From Octopus sinensis (lineage: Eukaryota): DNA of 64,000 bases. The position numbers were made by a program, and so were the translations under genes. The stretch covers positions 72,912,001 to 72,976,000 of the forward strand of contig NC_042999.1 in assembly GCF_006345805.1 (NCBI RefSeq). The letters run 5' to 3'. Each line of letters opens with the position of its first letter. The stretch's first letter is position 1. The notes below the pieces were generated by a model, which did not search any database, was not told the DNA's origin, and saw only the letters and a list, made by a program, of their open reading frames with translations. Below are positions 12,125 through 24,600 of the stretch, piece by piece.

Positions 12125-13729
12125 TTAAAGGAAGAGGGCTGTGCCTATACCATGGCCTTCACAGCCCCGACTTTCCACCCCAATGAAATTGATGTGGTTG
12201 TTGACTGCAAGAAAAATCATGGATAGGGTGGGAATTCCAGGAATGGATGTTTCAGGAATTATTGGGCCAAGTAAATGGTGAAAGGTGGATACAGTATGTA
12301 TGATGAGAGGAGGAGAGACAAGTAAATTAGGTGAGCCTGTTGGAGACATCATTTAGCAGAATTCTTAAAACATTAGTCTAAAGTGCCTTCTGGTATTTGC
12401 CCTGGTTCTTTGTTCTAAGCTCATTTTCCATTGGGATTGGCTTTGCCTTTTATCCATTCATGAGTGATAAAAAAAAAAAGATCCCAATCAAGTACTGGTT
12501 GGATTCAGTTGACTAATTTCTGCCCAGAAATTTCTGTCCTTGTACCCACATAAGAAATTATCAAAATCATCATCATATCCTGTTTTCCTTTTACTTATAT
12601 TTATTCCTAATGTCAGAAAAGCCCCAGCTTAGTATTTATTGGATTTGCATAGAATAATATTTACAAAATACAAAACATATCTGTATTTTTATAATGTAGT
12701 TCAGTGTGAGTTTGAGCATGTTTCTATACCATACTCAACAAAGGCAAAGCATTTTTCACATATTTCTTATGGGCTGGGATGGTTTTTCTTTTGCAAATGA
12801 AATAAGGAGCAGTTGATTTTACCTCTAGTTGCACTTCCAACTGCCAATAACGCATCTGTGAAGTAGTAGTTGTATAGTCAATTGTTAGTCCTCCAGGTTG
12901 AATGGTTATGTGTTTTTGAATTCATGTCTAAAGAGTAGTCTGTAGTACTAACCGTGACATTAATTCAGTTCTGATTAATTTTTGACTGTGAAGTATATTT
13001 AAGATATGGGACTAGTGACACATGAGATATTTTTTAATTGCTACCAAAACTTAATGTGTCATGAAAAACTTCATTCTCAAAATTGTGTTACCAATATGTA
13101 ACATTTAGAAAGCTATACTCCTGTGTGTGTGTGTGTGTGTGTGGATGCAGGTGTGGCTGTGTTATTAAGAAGCTTGCTTCCCAGTCATGTAGTTTCAGGT
13201 TCAGTCTTTCTGCATAGCACCTTGGGCAAATGTTTTCTATAGTCTCATACCTATCAAAGTTTTATGGTGTGTGTGTGTGTTTATATTATATATAGAAAGA
13301 ACATAGCCTATTGTTTAGGGTATTGGGTTTGCAAGCTTATGGTTATTGGGTCAATTCCTGCATTGGACATTGTATTGTGTCCTTAAGCAAGACATATCAT
13401 TGCACATTGTTCTAGTTTATTCTGCTGAAAACAAGTACAAGCTGACTTCCTTTTGCAATTTTGGTCTTTCTCTCTCCCATTCCCAATTTTGTTTCTCTTT
13501 AAAAAAATTTCTGATCTCTGTTTTTGAGAAAGTAAATTATTTCATCTTTCTCTCTCCCTCCAGCTGTCATATTCTGTTGGAGGGAAGGATTGAGAGGGCG
13601 TGTGTGTGCGTGTGTGTCTGCTTGGCATTGCATAGATGCTTAAAACAGCAAATGAGTGGTATAGGTTACAAGATTATACTTGCAAGTGACAGCGAGTTTG
13701 AAAGATAACAAAACACCCATGTGATTAAG

Positions 13730-14192
13730 TGAAAAATAATTGACTGGCCCCGTGTGGGTGGCACATAAAATACACCATTTGAGTGTGATCATTGCCAGTG
13801 CCGCCTGGTTGGCTCCCATGCCGGTGGCATGTAAAAGGCACCATTCAAGCATGGTTGATGCCAGTGCTGACTGACTGGTGGCACATAAAAAGCACCATTC
13901 AAGCATGGTCATTGCCAGTGCTACCTGACTGGCTTCTGTGCCAGTCACATGTAAAAAGCACCATTCAAGCGTGGTTAATGCCAGTACTGCCTGACTGTCC
14001 TTCATGCCAGTGGCACGTAAAAGCACCTACTACACTCTCGGAGTGGTTGGCTTAAGGAAGGGCATACAGCTGTGGAAACTTTGTCAGATGTGATTGGAGC
14101 CTGGTGCAGCCTTCTGACTTGCCAGCCCTCAGTCAAACTGTCCAACCCATGCCAGTATAGAAAGCAGACGTTAAATGATGATGATGATGATA
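13730..14192 (+). mobile_element. RTE-tail element with ~60-bp tandem array
   Basis: About 5 units containing GTGGCACATAAAAAGCACCATT, then the conserved tail and (GAT)n. Confidence 0.8.
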
Positions 14193-14194
14193 TA

Positions 14195-14650
14195 AGTGCA
14201 GGCATAGCTGTATGGTAAGAAGTTTGCTTCTCAACGACATGGTTCTATGTTCAGTTCCACTGAGTTGCACTTTCAGCAAGTGTCTTCTATTATAGCCTTG
14301 GGCTGACCAAAGCCTTGTGTGTGGATTTGATAGACAGGGATTGAAAGAAGCCCATCATCATTTAACATCTGTTTTCCTTGCTGGCATGGGTTGGATGGTT
14401 ATATCAAGTGTGTGTTTGTGTGTCTGCCTTGTGTCTGTGTATCCCCCCCCCCCAACAGACACACACACACACACACCACCCTGTTGCTTGACCACTGGTG
14501 CTGGTGTGTTTACATCCCCATAACTTAGCAGTCCAGCAAAAGAGACTGATAGAATAAATACTAGTCATTTGACTAAAAAATTCTCCAAGATGGTGCCCTA
14601 GCATGGCTGCAGTCTAGTGACTGAAATAAGTAACACGATAAAAAGAAAAA
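14195..14650 (+). mobile_element. tRNA-derived SINE (CCTTGGGCAAG family) interrupted by a short antisense RTE tail at ~14357-14400
   Basis: Homologous to 18171-18540 and 46143-46540. Confidence 0.75.
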
Positions 14651-15968
14651 AGATATACATGGATACATGACCCCACTCCTGAAAGGAACATCTAAATCTC
14701 CTTTTAACAATAATCTCCATTACCTTTTAAAATATACCATCACAATATAAGGAGTGTGACTTGAAATAAAGATCTCAAAACTGCTCTGCTTTACCTTTAG
14801 TAGCTGAATCAATCAATTTTCTTTGATCATTATTTTAGTGATTTGCAGCATTCTCTCTCTCTCTCCCTCCAAATAGGCTTAAATAGTAATAAATAATTTT
14901 CTTAATGTTGAGATTGCACATGGTTTTTTTTGTTTTCCAATTCTCTTTACTAATAATCCATTATATACCTATTCATCACTTTTTTTTCTCTCTTTTACTC
15001 TCTTTCCTCTACTGCTCTCTCCCATCACTCTGGTTCTCTTCTAGCACTCTTGCATTACTGTCTTCTGTCTGCTAAGGATGAGAAAACCCATTCCTGATAG
15101 TGAATGAATGAACAGATGGAAACAACACAGAATAGAAAGAAATCTTCTGTCTTGCTAAAGACAACATCTCTATCTTTTATGCCAGAATAAAATGCATCCA
15201 CTATATTCTATATGATGGTTGATGAATGGGCATAGATAACATAGGTAAGAGGGCTCTTTAGTCTTAATGAGGATATGACAACCTCCATAGTGCTGGTGCC
15301 ATAGTAAAATACACCCAGTGCACTCTATAAAGCAGTTCGTGTTAGAACCATGAAACATCAAAATTGGGATATACAAATAAGACATGGGGTCTAGTTCTTT
15401 GAGAAGGCAAAACACTGATTTGGCCCATGACAACCCAGCCAATCCATGCCAGCGTGGAAAAGCAAATACAAAAATGATGATGATGATATTGTAATATTTA
15501 TCAATAGATGTAGTATGTAATGGAAACTAAATTTTGGCTTATTTTAGATAGGAAAGAGATAGTTATTGTTTTCATTACTACTGTTTTTGTCTTCAATATT
15601 ATGATTGTCTTATTCCTCCAAGATTCAATTTTTTTCTTTCTTTTTTTAATATCCTCAACAGAAATCAATCATCGCTGTTTTAATCATTCAAACTAGCACA
15701 CATCATAATTTTTGTTTTTGTTCTCAGCAGTCATTTACTTTCATTATAGAAGGTACATCTCTCACAGGATGACCTACAAATCCTCGATTATCTCTATTGT
15801 ATTGAGTAATTTAGTTTTTATGGATGGAAGATCAAAGCATACTCGATATGGCAAATATTTCCATGTAGAATTGTAGCTGTTTGTATATTGGAAACCTCTG
15901 TCTTTTGGGACAGACACCACTTATGATGTAACTTTACAAGTATTTGTTTTGCTTTAGTTCATCCAGAA

Positions 15969-16409
15969 CAGAGGCTCTCAACATGGGCAGTACCATGCGC
16001 AAGGGGGCGCTAGGCATGTTGAAGGAGGCAGCAGGTTTTAGGGGGTGGTGAGGTGGGAGGGCCATGAGGTAGCATTATTAACATACTAAATTTTACCTGT
16101 AGTAATAATTATATTATGATAAAGCTAGTAATGGTTGTTAAATTAAAATGAGATCTCATCAGACACAGGGAAAACATTATTTTGCAATGTATAATGTAAA
16201 TTTACAACTTTTGTCTTTTATTAATTTTTTTATCATTTCACTGTTAAAAGCTTATACAATCCATTTTTAGGGTATGATTTATAAATTATCATCTATGTTA
16301 AGTTAGTTTAGTTGTGATATCTTATTCGCCACTAAGGCTGGGTGCTAGGCATAACAACTAAAAAACTGGGATGGCTGCAGTAAAAAGACAAAAAAGTTAA
16401 GAACCACTG
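15969..16409. mobile_element. hAT (Charlie/Buster-like) non-autonomous element
   Basis: Termini CAGAGGCTCTCAAC...GTTAAGAACCACTG. Flanks ATCCAGAA / ATCTAGAG match 6/8 and resemble the NTCTAGAN target. Confidence 0.65.
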
Positions 16410-18170
16410 ATCTAGAGAAATAGTTAAAATACATAACAGAAACAAAATATTTACTATTCTCATATATTTACAGAGTGAGGGTGACAGTTATTACAGTGGC
16501 TGCCTGAGTCACTGCAGTTAACAAGAGTACATAATGTAGTGTATTTCTTACCTGGTTTCAGACTTAATGAAATGTGGAACGCCCTTGAGTGAATCTCATA
16601 ATCCATAGGATTATTTTGGCACCAGTTGTATCTCAAGAATGGCAGCATGACAGAACCTGTTTCTCTATAAAAATATTTCGTTGGAGAATTTGAATTGAGC
16701 TGCTGCTGGTTATTATTTCCAATGGTGAGTTGTATCAACTCATGGTATCTATTCACATTTAAGTTGATTGAACTAGTGAGTGTTAAATGTTATTGGCCTT
16801 AGACAAAAACAATAGTGGTGATATGGTGATGAATTGTTGATCATTTGAACAGTGAGGCAGATGAAATGATGTTAAAATAACCATTTTATTTACCTAGTTT
16901 TGCCGTGCCAGCATGAGCTTAGCAGATCTGCTTGAGTACAGCATTTTGACAAGACTTGTCATTTCCTTCAGGAGGTTCAGCATCCTGGGATCGGCTTTTA
17001 CCACTTGGCTCACAACCTCCTCAGTCTTCCTATTCTACAGGTTTCCTCCACATGGATCACTTGACTCTTCTTCATCCAACTTCATATACATCACATGTCT
17101 TTACCAGTGCAGTCTTCTCTCTCACACTAGCAGATACCTTTAATGTACATTTTTCTCCCTGCTCACCTGCACTCAAGCATTCATTCACTGCCACATCTTA
17201 CCAACATGCAATATTGTATTTTCTATGCAAATGTTATACAAATAGCCCTTCACTTGAAGAGAGAAGCCTAAAGAATATATTTTTCTGTTTAATGACAGAA
17301 ATCTTTGACTAAACCAGTGGGAATCTTATTGATTTATTCATTCTAAAAGGCTACAGATTATTAAATCATAGTCTCTCTCTCTATTCTGAAAGAGTATTTT
17401 GCACTAAAGAGAATAGATTTTCTCTTGTCTAAAAGATGAAATTTATAGATTATGTATTGTGAAAGATTTAACTGTTATATTTCCATTTTAAAGGAGCGGA
17501 AATAGTTACTTAGATTCAGAAAATTTCTGAAAAAATAATTGGGCAGAACATTTTTTAAAAAAAAATTGTTTTAAAAAATATATTTATTATGATTTAAAAT
17601 TGTCATTAGATTTCTAATGGAATGAAAAATGTTTAAAAATTCAATTTATTTTTTCCATACTACAGTCACTACATGTGTGTGTGCATGCGTGTGTGCGCAC
17701 AGAAAGTTAATGAGCAAATTCTGTGCCTTCGATAATGTATCTAAGATGAGTTGAATGTCTGGAATGCAAATAAACAGTTGTATGTTTAATTCTTTTGTAA
17801 AAGTGGTGCTGGCTCCATAGTGCAAAGTCTCATATGTTTTTTGTAGTAGAAAGAGATGTTAGGCTAATTTCTGTTAAAGAGCTACTAGCATTCTTTATTT
17901 TCTGTTTTATGTCTGTTTTTCCTGTCTAGCATGGGTTAGGTGAATACTTATTATTAAGGCATTATTTTACAGCCAGATTCTCTTCATATCACTAACTCTT
18001 ACCTCTTTGTCTATGAAAACACAGAGCTACAGGACAATTTGTTACATGGATATCAACATAACATCACTACTTTTGCTCAAACATTTTATGTGAAAACAGA
18101 TTGTAAGTATTCATGGGGACGTGCACGCACATACACATTCATATAAAACTGTGTGTGTGTGTGTATATAT

Positions 18171-18540
18171 AGGCGCAGGCATAGCTGTGCGGTAAGAATC
18201 TTGCTTCCCAACCACATGGTTCTGGGTTCAGTCCCATTGCATGGCACCTTGGGCAAGTGACTTCTATAGCCATGGGCTGGCCAAAGCCTTGTGAGTGAAT
18301 TTAGTAGACAGAAACTGAAAGAAGCTTGCCGTATATGTATGTGTGTATCTGAGTTTGCCCCCCTACCATCGGTTGACAACCAATGTTGGTGTGTTTACGT
18401 CCCTGTAACTTAGTGGTTCAGCAAAAAGAGATTAATAGAGTAAGTACTAAGCTTACAAAAAATAAGTCCTGGGGTTAATTTCTTTGACTAAAGGTAATGC
18501 TCCAGCATGGCCATAGTCAGATGACTGAAACAAATGAAAG
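18171..18540 (+). mobile_element. Full-length tRNA-derived SINE (CCTTGGGCAAG family)
   Basis: A box TAGCTGTGCGG, B box GGTTCAGTCCC, then core and 3' body ending GACTGAAACAA. Confidence 0.85.
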
Positions 18541-18607
18541 AATATATATCGTCCAACCCATGCTAGCATGGAAAACGATGATGATGATATATATATACAC
18601 ACTCATA

Positions 18608-19088
18608 CATCATCATCATCATTGTTTAGCATCCGCTTTCCATGCTAGCATGGGTTGGACGGTTCAACTGGGGTCTTGGGGTCTGGGAAGCCAGAAGGCT
18701 GCACCAGGCCCAGTCTGATCTGGCAATGTTTCTACGGCTGGATGCCCTTCCTAACGCCAACCACTCCGTGAGTGTAGTGGGTACTTTTTACGTGCCAGAC
18801 GAGGCTGGCAAACGGCCACGATCGGACGGTGCTTTTACATGCCACCGGCACGTGGGCCAGGCGAGGCTGGCAAACGGCCACGAATGGATGGTGCTTTTTA
18901 TGTGCCACCAGCACGAGGCCAGTCGGGGCGGCGCTGGCAACAGCCACGTTCGGATGGTTCTCTTATGTGCCACCGGCACTGGTATCACAGCTGCAATTTC
19001 CATTGATGTTGATTGATTTCGATTCTCACTTGCCTCAACAGGTCTTCACAAGTAGAGTTTTGTGTCCCCAGAAGGAAAGGTATGCATA
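18608..19088 (-). mobile_element. 5'-truncated copy of the RTE 3' UTR, same subfamily as 46799-50267
   Basis: Reverse complement matches 49615-50267, but with one copy of the ~98-bp unit instead of three. Confidence 0.85.
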
Positions 19089-21941
19089 GACAAATAACCT
19101 AATTATTTAATGTTACAAAAACAAAATTAATTTAGACTAATTTTTTTCCAGATTACATCTATATATGTATGTATATATAATAATTAAAAACATGCAATAT
19201 TATTTATGTATCTAACACATACACTAAATAAGGCATATAGGGAATAATAACAGTAAACAAGACGAAATCTGGCACAACTGAAATTTTAATAAGAACTGAG
19301 CGATTAAAAGTGTTAATGATTTTTAGTTCTAATGATTTCTGACATTACGCGAAAATAACTGGAAAATTTGTTTTAAAAAATCAATACTTTTATGACCCTC
19401 AATTACCTACAATATCTAGAAATTAATTATAGCTTCAATATTGAAAAACAGATGAGCTTATTGTATAAGTGCTCAGATGCACGAGACAGAATCATCATTA
19501 TCATTTTATATCATCTTTCCATGCTGGCATACATTAGAAGGGCCACCTCAATTTGAGCCAGTTCTTATTCAGATTTATAACCCTCTTAGATGGGTCACGA
19601 GACTTCTGGAATCTTATGACCCTTATGTTTTCTCCATTTATTTAGCAACTTTATACTGTATTCAAAGCACATTTTATCTTGGTATCAATGTTACTAAAGA
19701 TTGCCTTGAATCCTACAATGCATAAAAGTCCTCATTGTTCAATGATGTCTCTGATCACTGAGCATTGCAAGTGACGGAGTGAACAGAAGTGTGTGTGATA
19801 GCAGAAGATGAACTCAAGTGAGATCAAGAAAAAGGTGTCAAGGGGAAATGAAAAACAATAACGACAGGGTGTAATGAGAGAAGCAATGATGATGGATATT
19901 AACGAGGGAGAGAGACTAATGGAAACTACATCTTTGCTAGCAAGAGAGAGAGAGAGAGAGAGAGTGACTGATAGATAAAAGAATACATACATACAATAAA
20001 GAACAAATACATGCATACAGGCAGTGGTAGTCATGCTCGTCTAAAGAGAAGACAGCATGCATGTATGTATTTATGTATGTATATTCTTTTGATCCTCAAT
20101 CATGCATGTGTATAAGTGTATACATATTTGTATCTTGTTTGCCTTAACATTTGCATATTTATTGCAAACAAATCCAATGTTCAAGCAAATGGTCTTGACG
20201 TTTTTAACTTTCAGTGAATACATATCTAGCTATTGAGATGACCATTGTTAGGGTAAGTGACACAAAAAACATTTGGCCATAGAAAACCTGCCTTAACAAG
20301 CTTCATCTAATTCATGCAGGCATGGAAAAGTGAGCATTAAAACAATGATGATGATGATAATGGCCAGAAAATCATATAGGTCTGTTCAATAAAGGTTTTC
20401 TTGGGGGCTAAACAAAAACAACAACTTAGTACAAAATTATAATTGTGATAATAAACAATATTTTTTACCTTTACAATCTCCAGACAATACTCTCCATCGT
20501 AGCGCCGTTCCAGCACACACATATATATATATAGTTTCTGTCAACTAATTCCACTCACAAAGCATTAGTTACTGAAGTCACTACAGTAGATGACACTTGC
20601 CTGAGGGGTCACACAGTGAACTAGAGCTGAAAATCATATGGTTATGAAGTGTATGGCATATCTATGCAGTTGTGCCTCTACTTTCTTACTTTTGAAGTAT
20701 CTTCATTCCTAAATCTAAGCCATTTCATATTGTGTTGTATGTGTGAGCATGCACACTTCAACTATTTTAAATACATATAAACATCTGTCTGCTATGTAGA
20801 GATGTAAGAAATAGAACAGAATTATAACTAGTGTTATTCAACATCCGTGCAGTTGCAAGGTGATTCCAACTGATAGAAAAGGAAATTGCACATTACAATC
20901 ACCATATTTGCAAAGATAATATGTATAGGGATTTTAATTCTTATGAAAGCTTGTTGAACGAAGAAGTTTAATATGGCAGTGCAATAATCATAAATGGTAA
21001 TGAAATCCAAAGACCATCTGAAGTCCAGTAATTCAACAATACTACATCTAGAGCATTTAACATGGGAATGTCTGCTATATAGACAATTTATTACTGAAAG
21101 TGAGTGAAATAAATTATTGAATACAAAACCATACTGCATAGTTTATTAATTCATACACAAACACACACAGACACATGTAAAAATTTTATTGGTTGAAGAA
21201 AGGGAAGAAAGAGCTTACCTATGCTGTTCCTGCAGCATTAAATTTTCATTTTATAAAGTTTACGAACTGTTATTTGCTGATGTAGACCATCACTAGTTTC
21301 TTTGGATTCTAGTTTATATTATTTGCCCCCCCCCCCTCTTTCTCTCCAAACTGTCCAACCCATAGCAGTGTGGAAAACAGACATTAAATAATAGTAGTAT
21401 GTATGGTTCAATTGAAGCTGACTTCTTTCAAATTTTGTTCTCGGATTTTAATTACAAGTGTAGAGTTTTATATTCTTTTATGTAAAACTTGGCACAGCAA
21501 TTGTTTCAATTGACAATGTCTTATAAAGTGCGTTAATAAGAACTGCTTTTGTCCAGTTTTAAAGAAACTTAGCCACACACACATAATGTATATATGTATG
21601 TTTGCATGATCAGAGTGATTCTTTTGGCCTTTTAGCTGCTTCTCAGAGATTTTTGCATGTGTTTATCAAAGTGCACATGATCAAGGAACTCCAAATCATG
21701 GTAGATTGAATAATCAAGCTTTGAGCCAAAATGTTTGTTGGTAACTCATTGCTCTTCAATCAAAAAATTTGTGCATTATCTTTATCTAACTTATATTATG
21801 AACTGTGGTATGCATTAACATGCAACTGCATGCATGTACACACATATATGCACACTCATGCATGTGCATACACACACAAAGCAGTGCAGCAAATGATTGA
21901 GTAGATTAGGTTGGTCATGTCACTGAATATGGTTGTTTTAA

Positions 21942-23025
21942 CCCTTTCGTTACTATATTTCTGACCAAATTACACCCCTTATGTGTTTCAATTAATTTCT
22001 AACGTAATCATAAATTTAGTCTGGTTTCATTAAACAACTATAACTTTTTTATTTATCGATATATCAATCTGATTTTTGGAAGATAATTTAATGAAATATT
22101 CTCAACCAATTCTATACTATAATTTTTGTTACAAAGTGACTCTAATTGCAGGTAGATACAGGTAAATTCCACAAAATATAAAATTATTAAAATTTTGTTC
22201 AAACATCGCTATAGAAAATGGTTATTAGCTAATATTCAATTGGGTATATAACAAAATTTTACGATAGAATTTGTTATTCTGGGTAACTTTCTGATACCCA
22301 TAATAATATTTACGGCAAAATAGTCTTAATTTCATTTAAGGTTGAGGGAAACCACAAACTATCGTTTCTTTTGCTTTGTTTACATTTAGCGTAACGGTTC
22401 GTCTCCGCTGTAATGATTTCAAATAGGCTCATTCGAAAAAGTAAAAAGAAATAGTCTAAGGCTTTACTCTTCTGGGAAAGTCTGTGGCTTGGTCCAGTTT
22501 CTTCAGAGAAATCACCGAAAGAAACAGTTTTTAAATTTTCACTCCATTCAGGTGCCAATTCGTTTTCTTTATCGCTATCGGAGATCTCAGATTCACTGTT
22601 TTCACTTTCGGAAAATGAAACATCAGATTCATTATCAAATACCACGTGCTTTTTTTTTCAGTCATAGAGTTAGATTTATGAAGGTCTTCAGTAGAAAATC
22701 CTTCGAATTCTGACTCGCTGCTTGATATAATGAAATTCGTATCCATTTTTTGTCAGAATTACAAATTTTGAAAACACAATAGGAACAAATTTCGGAAAAA
22801 AATCTCCCAAAATTCACGGAATTAAAATTACACTTCGGTTATTGTACAAAACTGTAGTTGAACTGTTTACGAAGTATAATACGTGTTTTCACGAATGTAC
22901 TGAAGAGATTTGCTCTGATATTCTCATTTAAATATGAATAGGTAAATTCGGGCGACTTTGGGCGGTTTGGTTTCATAAACCAAAATTTTGTTCGGGCGGC
23001 TTTGGGCGGTTTGGTAACGAAAGGG
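21942..23025 (-). mobile_element. Internally deleted piggyBac element retaining the transposase N-terminus
   Basis: TIR CCCTTTCGTTAC at both ends and TTAA TSDs (21938-21941, 23026-23029). Minus-strand peptide has an acidic N-terminus then F..ETGP..KALDYFFLLF..FEIITAETNRYA..WFPSTLNEIK, typical of piggyBac/PGBD transposases. One frameshift lies in an A-run. Confidence 0.88.
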
Positions 23026-23284
23026 TTAAACAAACATACATTAATGACATTGTGTGAAGACAAACCTAACTTCCACCTGTGCCAAACATATTTACACAGC
23101 TGGCTGTAATCTTAATGCTCATCAGATACTGCACGCATTGTAAGTCAATCAAGGATGGCAGCTTGAAAGAACTGATAAATTTGTTTGTTAGGGGCATAGG
23201 TTGTGGGACTTTGTTATACTGTATTAGCAGTGGTTGTGATTCATTTTGTGTCTGCTTTTCATACTGACATGAGTCAGGCAATTT

Positions 23285-23760
23285 GATCAGAGCTGGTAAG
23301 CCGGAGAGCTGCACCTGGTTCCAGTCTGATTTAGCATGGTTTCTATGGCTGTATGCCCTTCCTAATTCCAACCATTTCACAATGTGTGCTGGGTGCTTTT
23401 AATGTGGCATTGTACAAATGCTTTTACATGACACTAGCACAAGTGCTTTTTATGTGGCACCAGCACAGGACTCTTATAGGCAATCCTTTTCACCAGGGGA
23501 AGCGGCTCTAATGTTTATGCTGTGGAGTATGAGTCTTCTTGAGTACAGCAAGGTACCAGGTATCTTGATCCTTTGTCATCTCATCTGATAGGTTCAGTGT
23601 CCTGAGGTTGTCCTTCAGTACTTCGTCCTTTGTCTTCATGGGTTTCCCTCTTCCATGTTTTCCATCTACTTTGTGAGATTGACTCTTCTTTGTGGAGCTG
23701 TTGGCATTCATCCACATCACATAACCAAACCAGGGCAGTCTTTTCTCTTACACACTCGTT
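23285..23760 (-). mobile_element. RTE 3' fragment
   Basis: Encodes GRGKPMKTKDEVLKDNLRTLNLSDEMTKDQDTW (RTE C-terminus), followed by the tail motif. Confidence 0.8.
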
Positions 23761-23890
23761 TGACTAAAATGTTTTTCTTTTATTTCAACTTTGTGGAGCT
23801 GTCGGCATACATCCACATCGCATAACCAAACCAGGACAGTCTTTTCTTTTGTACACTCATTTGACTAAAATGTTTTTCTTTTATTTCAAC
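23688..23890. repeat. Tandem duplication of a 101-bp unit
   Basis: CTTTGTGGAGCTG...TTTTATTTCAA occurs at 23688 and at 23789. Confidence 0.9.
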
Positions 23891-24059
23891 ACACTTGCAA
23901 GAAAAGTTGCAGACTATATTCACAAAAAGAAACATATAACTTAAGTTAAGCATGAATTATATACAAGTCTATACAGTAATAAATAACTATATTGCCTATA
24001 TCCAGTTTGTTTTCCTCCTACTTGTAAAGTCAAACATGCCTATGTGTTCAGTTAAATGG

Positions 24060-24600
24060 GGTTTTAACTTTCTCCTTATGGCATCAGGTAAAATTTGAAG
24101 TCCCTGCCAAAATGACATTTAGTACATGCCTGCATACACAGACACATACACAGTCCTCCCAATAAAAAAAGGTTCTGTTGGTATTCTTAAACTTACTTCA
24201 ATAATAGTAACTAGCAGTACCTGTGGAAGTTCGATGGAAAATGCAAATTTGTTTTATATGGTTGGATGTTTATTATATAGAACCATAAAAATTAGTGTTT
24301 CTTTTGAAATTATATATTCTGCATTATTTTCCTTTTTAAAAGACCTCACAGTTCTTCTGGATGAGCCTGTAATTGAGGGAGCATGACATCCCCATTCTCA
24401 CAGCATTTCAGGGGTTCATTTTTAAATCTAAGAGCTTCACAATAATTACAGAGAATATTCATGTCACCAATGTTGTAAATTTCAGCCATATGTTTACAGT
24501 TTTTTTGCTGTTCTTTCTCATTTTCAGTTTCTAATCTGTCTTGAACACATTCTCTTATCTGTTGTAGGTACTCACTATAATCTCTTTGGTTCATGTTTTG
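24060..24600 (-). pseudogene. Helitron Rep/helicase N-terminal remnant
   Basis: Peptide YNIGDMNILCNYCEALRFKNEPLKCCENGDVMLPQLQAHPEEL matches the Helitron IG.M...C..C.A..F..E...CC..G.V.LP....P motif. Downstream sequence is decayed. Confidence 0.75.

Noticed and set aside
13745-14040. Repeat-spacer appearance resembling a CRISPR array (also 49920-50100 and 56730-57080)
   Set aside because: The 'spacers' are homologous to each other, the arrays lie inside retroelement 3' UTRs, there are no cas genes, and the DNA is eukaryotic.
18171-18250. tRNA-like A/B boxes (also 11490, 46460-46540, 52680-52746)
   Set aside because: These are SINE heads with no cloverleaf or acceptor stem, and they are attached to SINE bodies.
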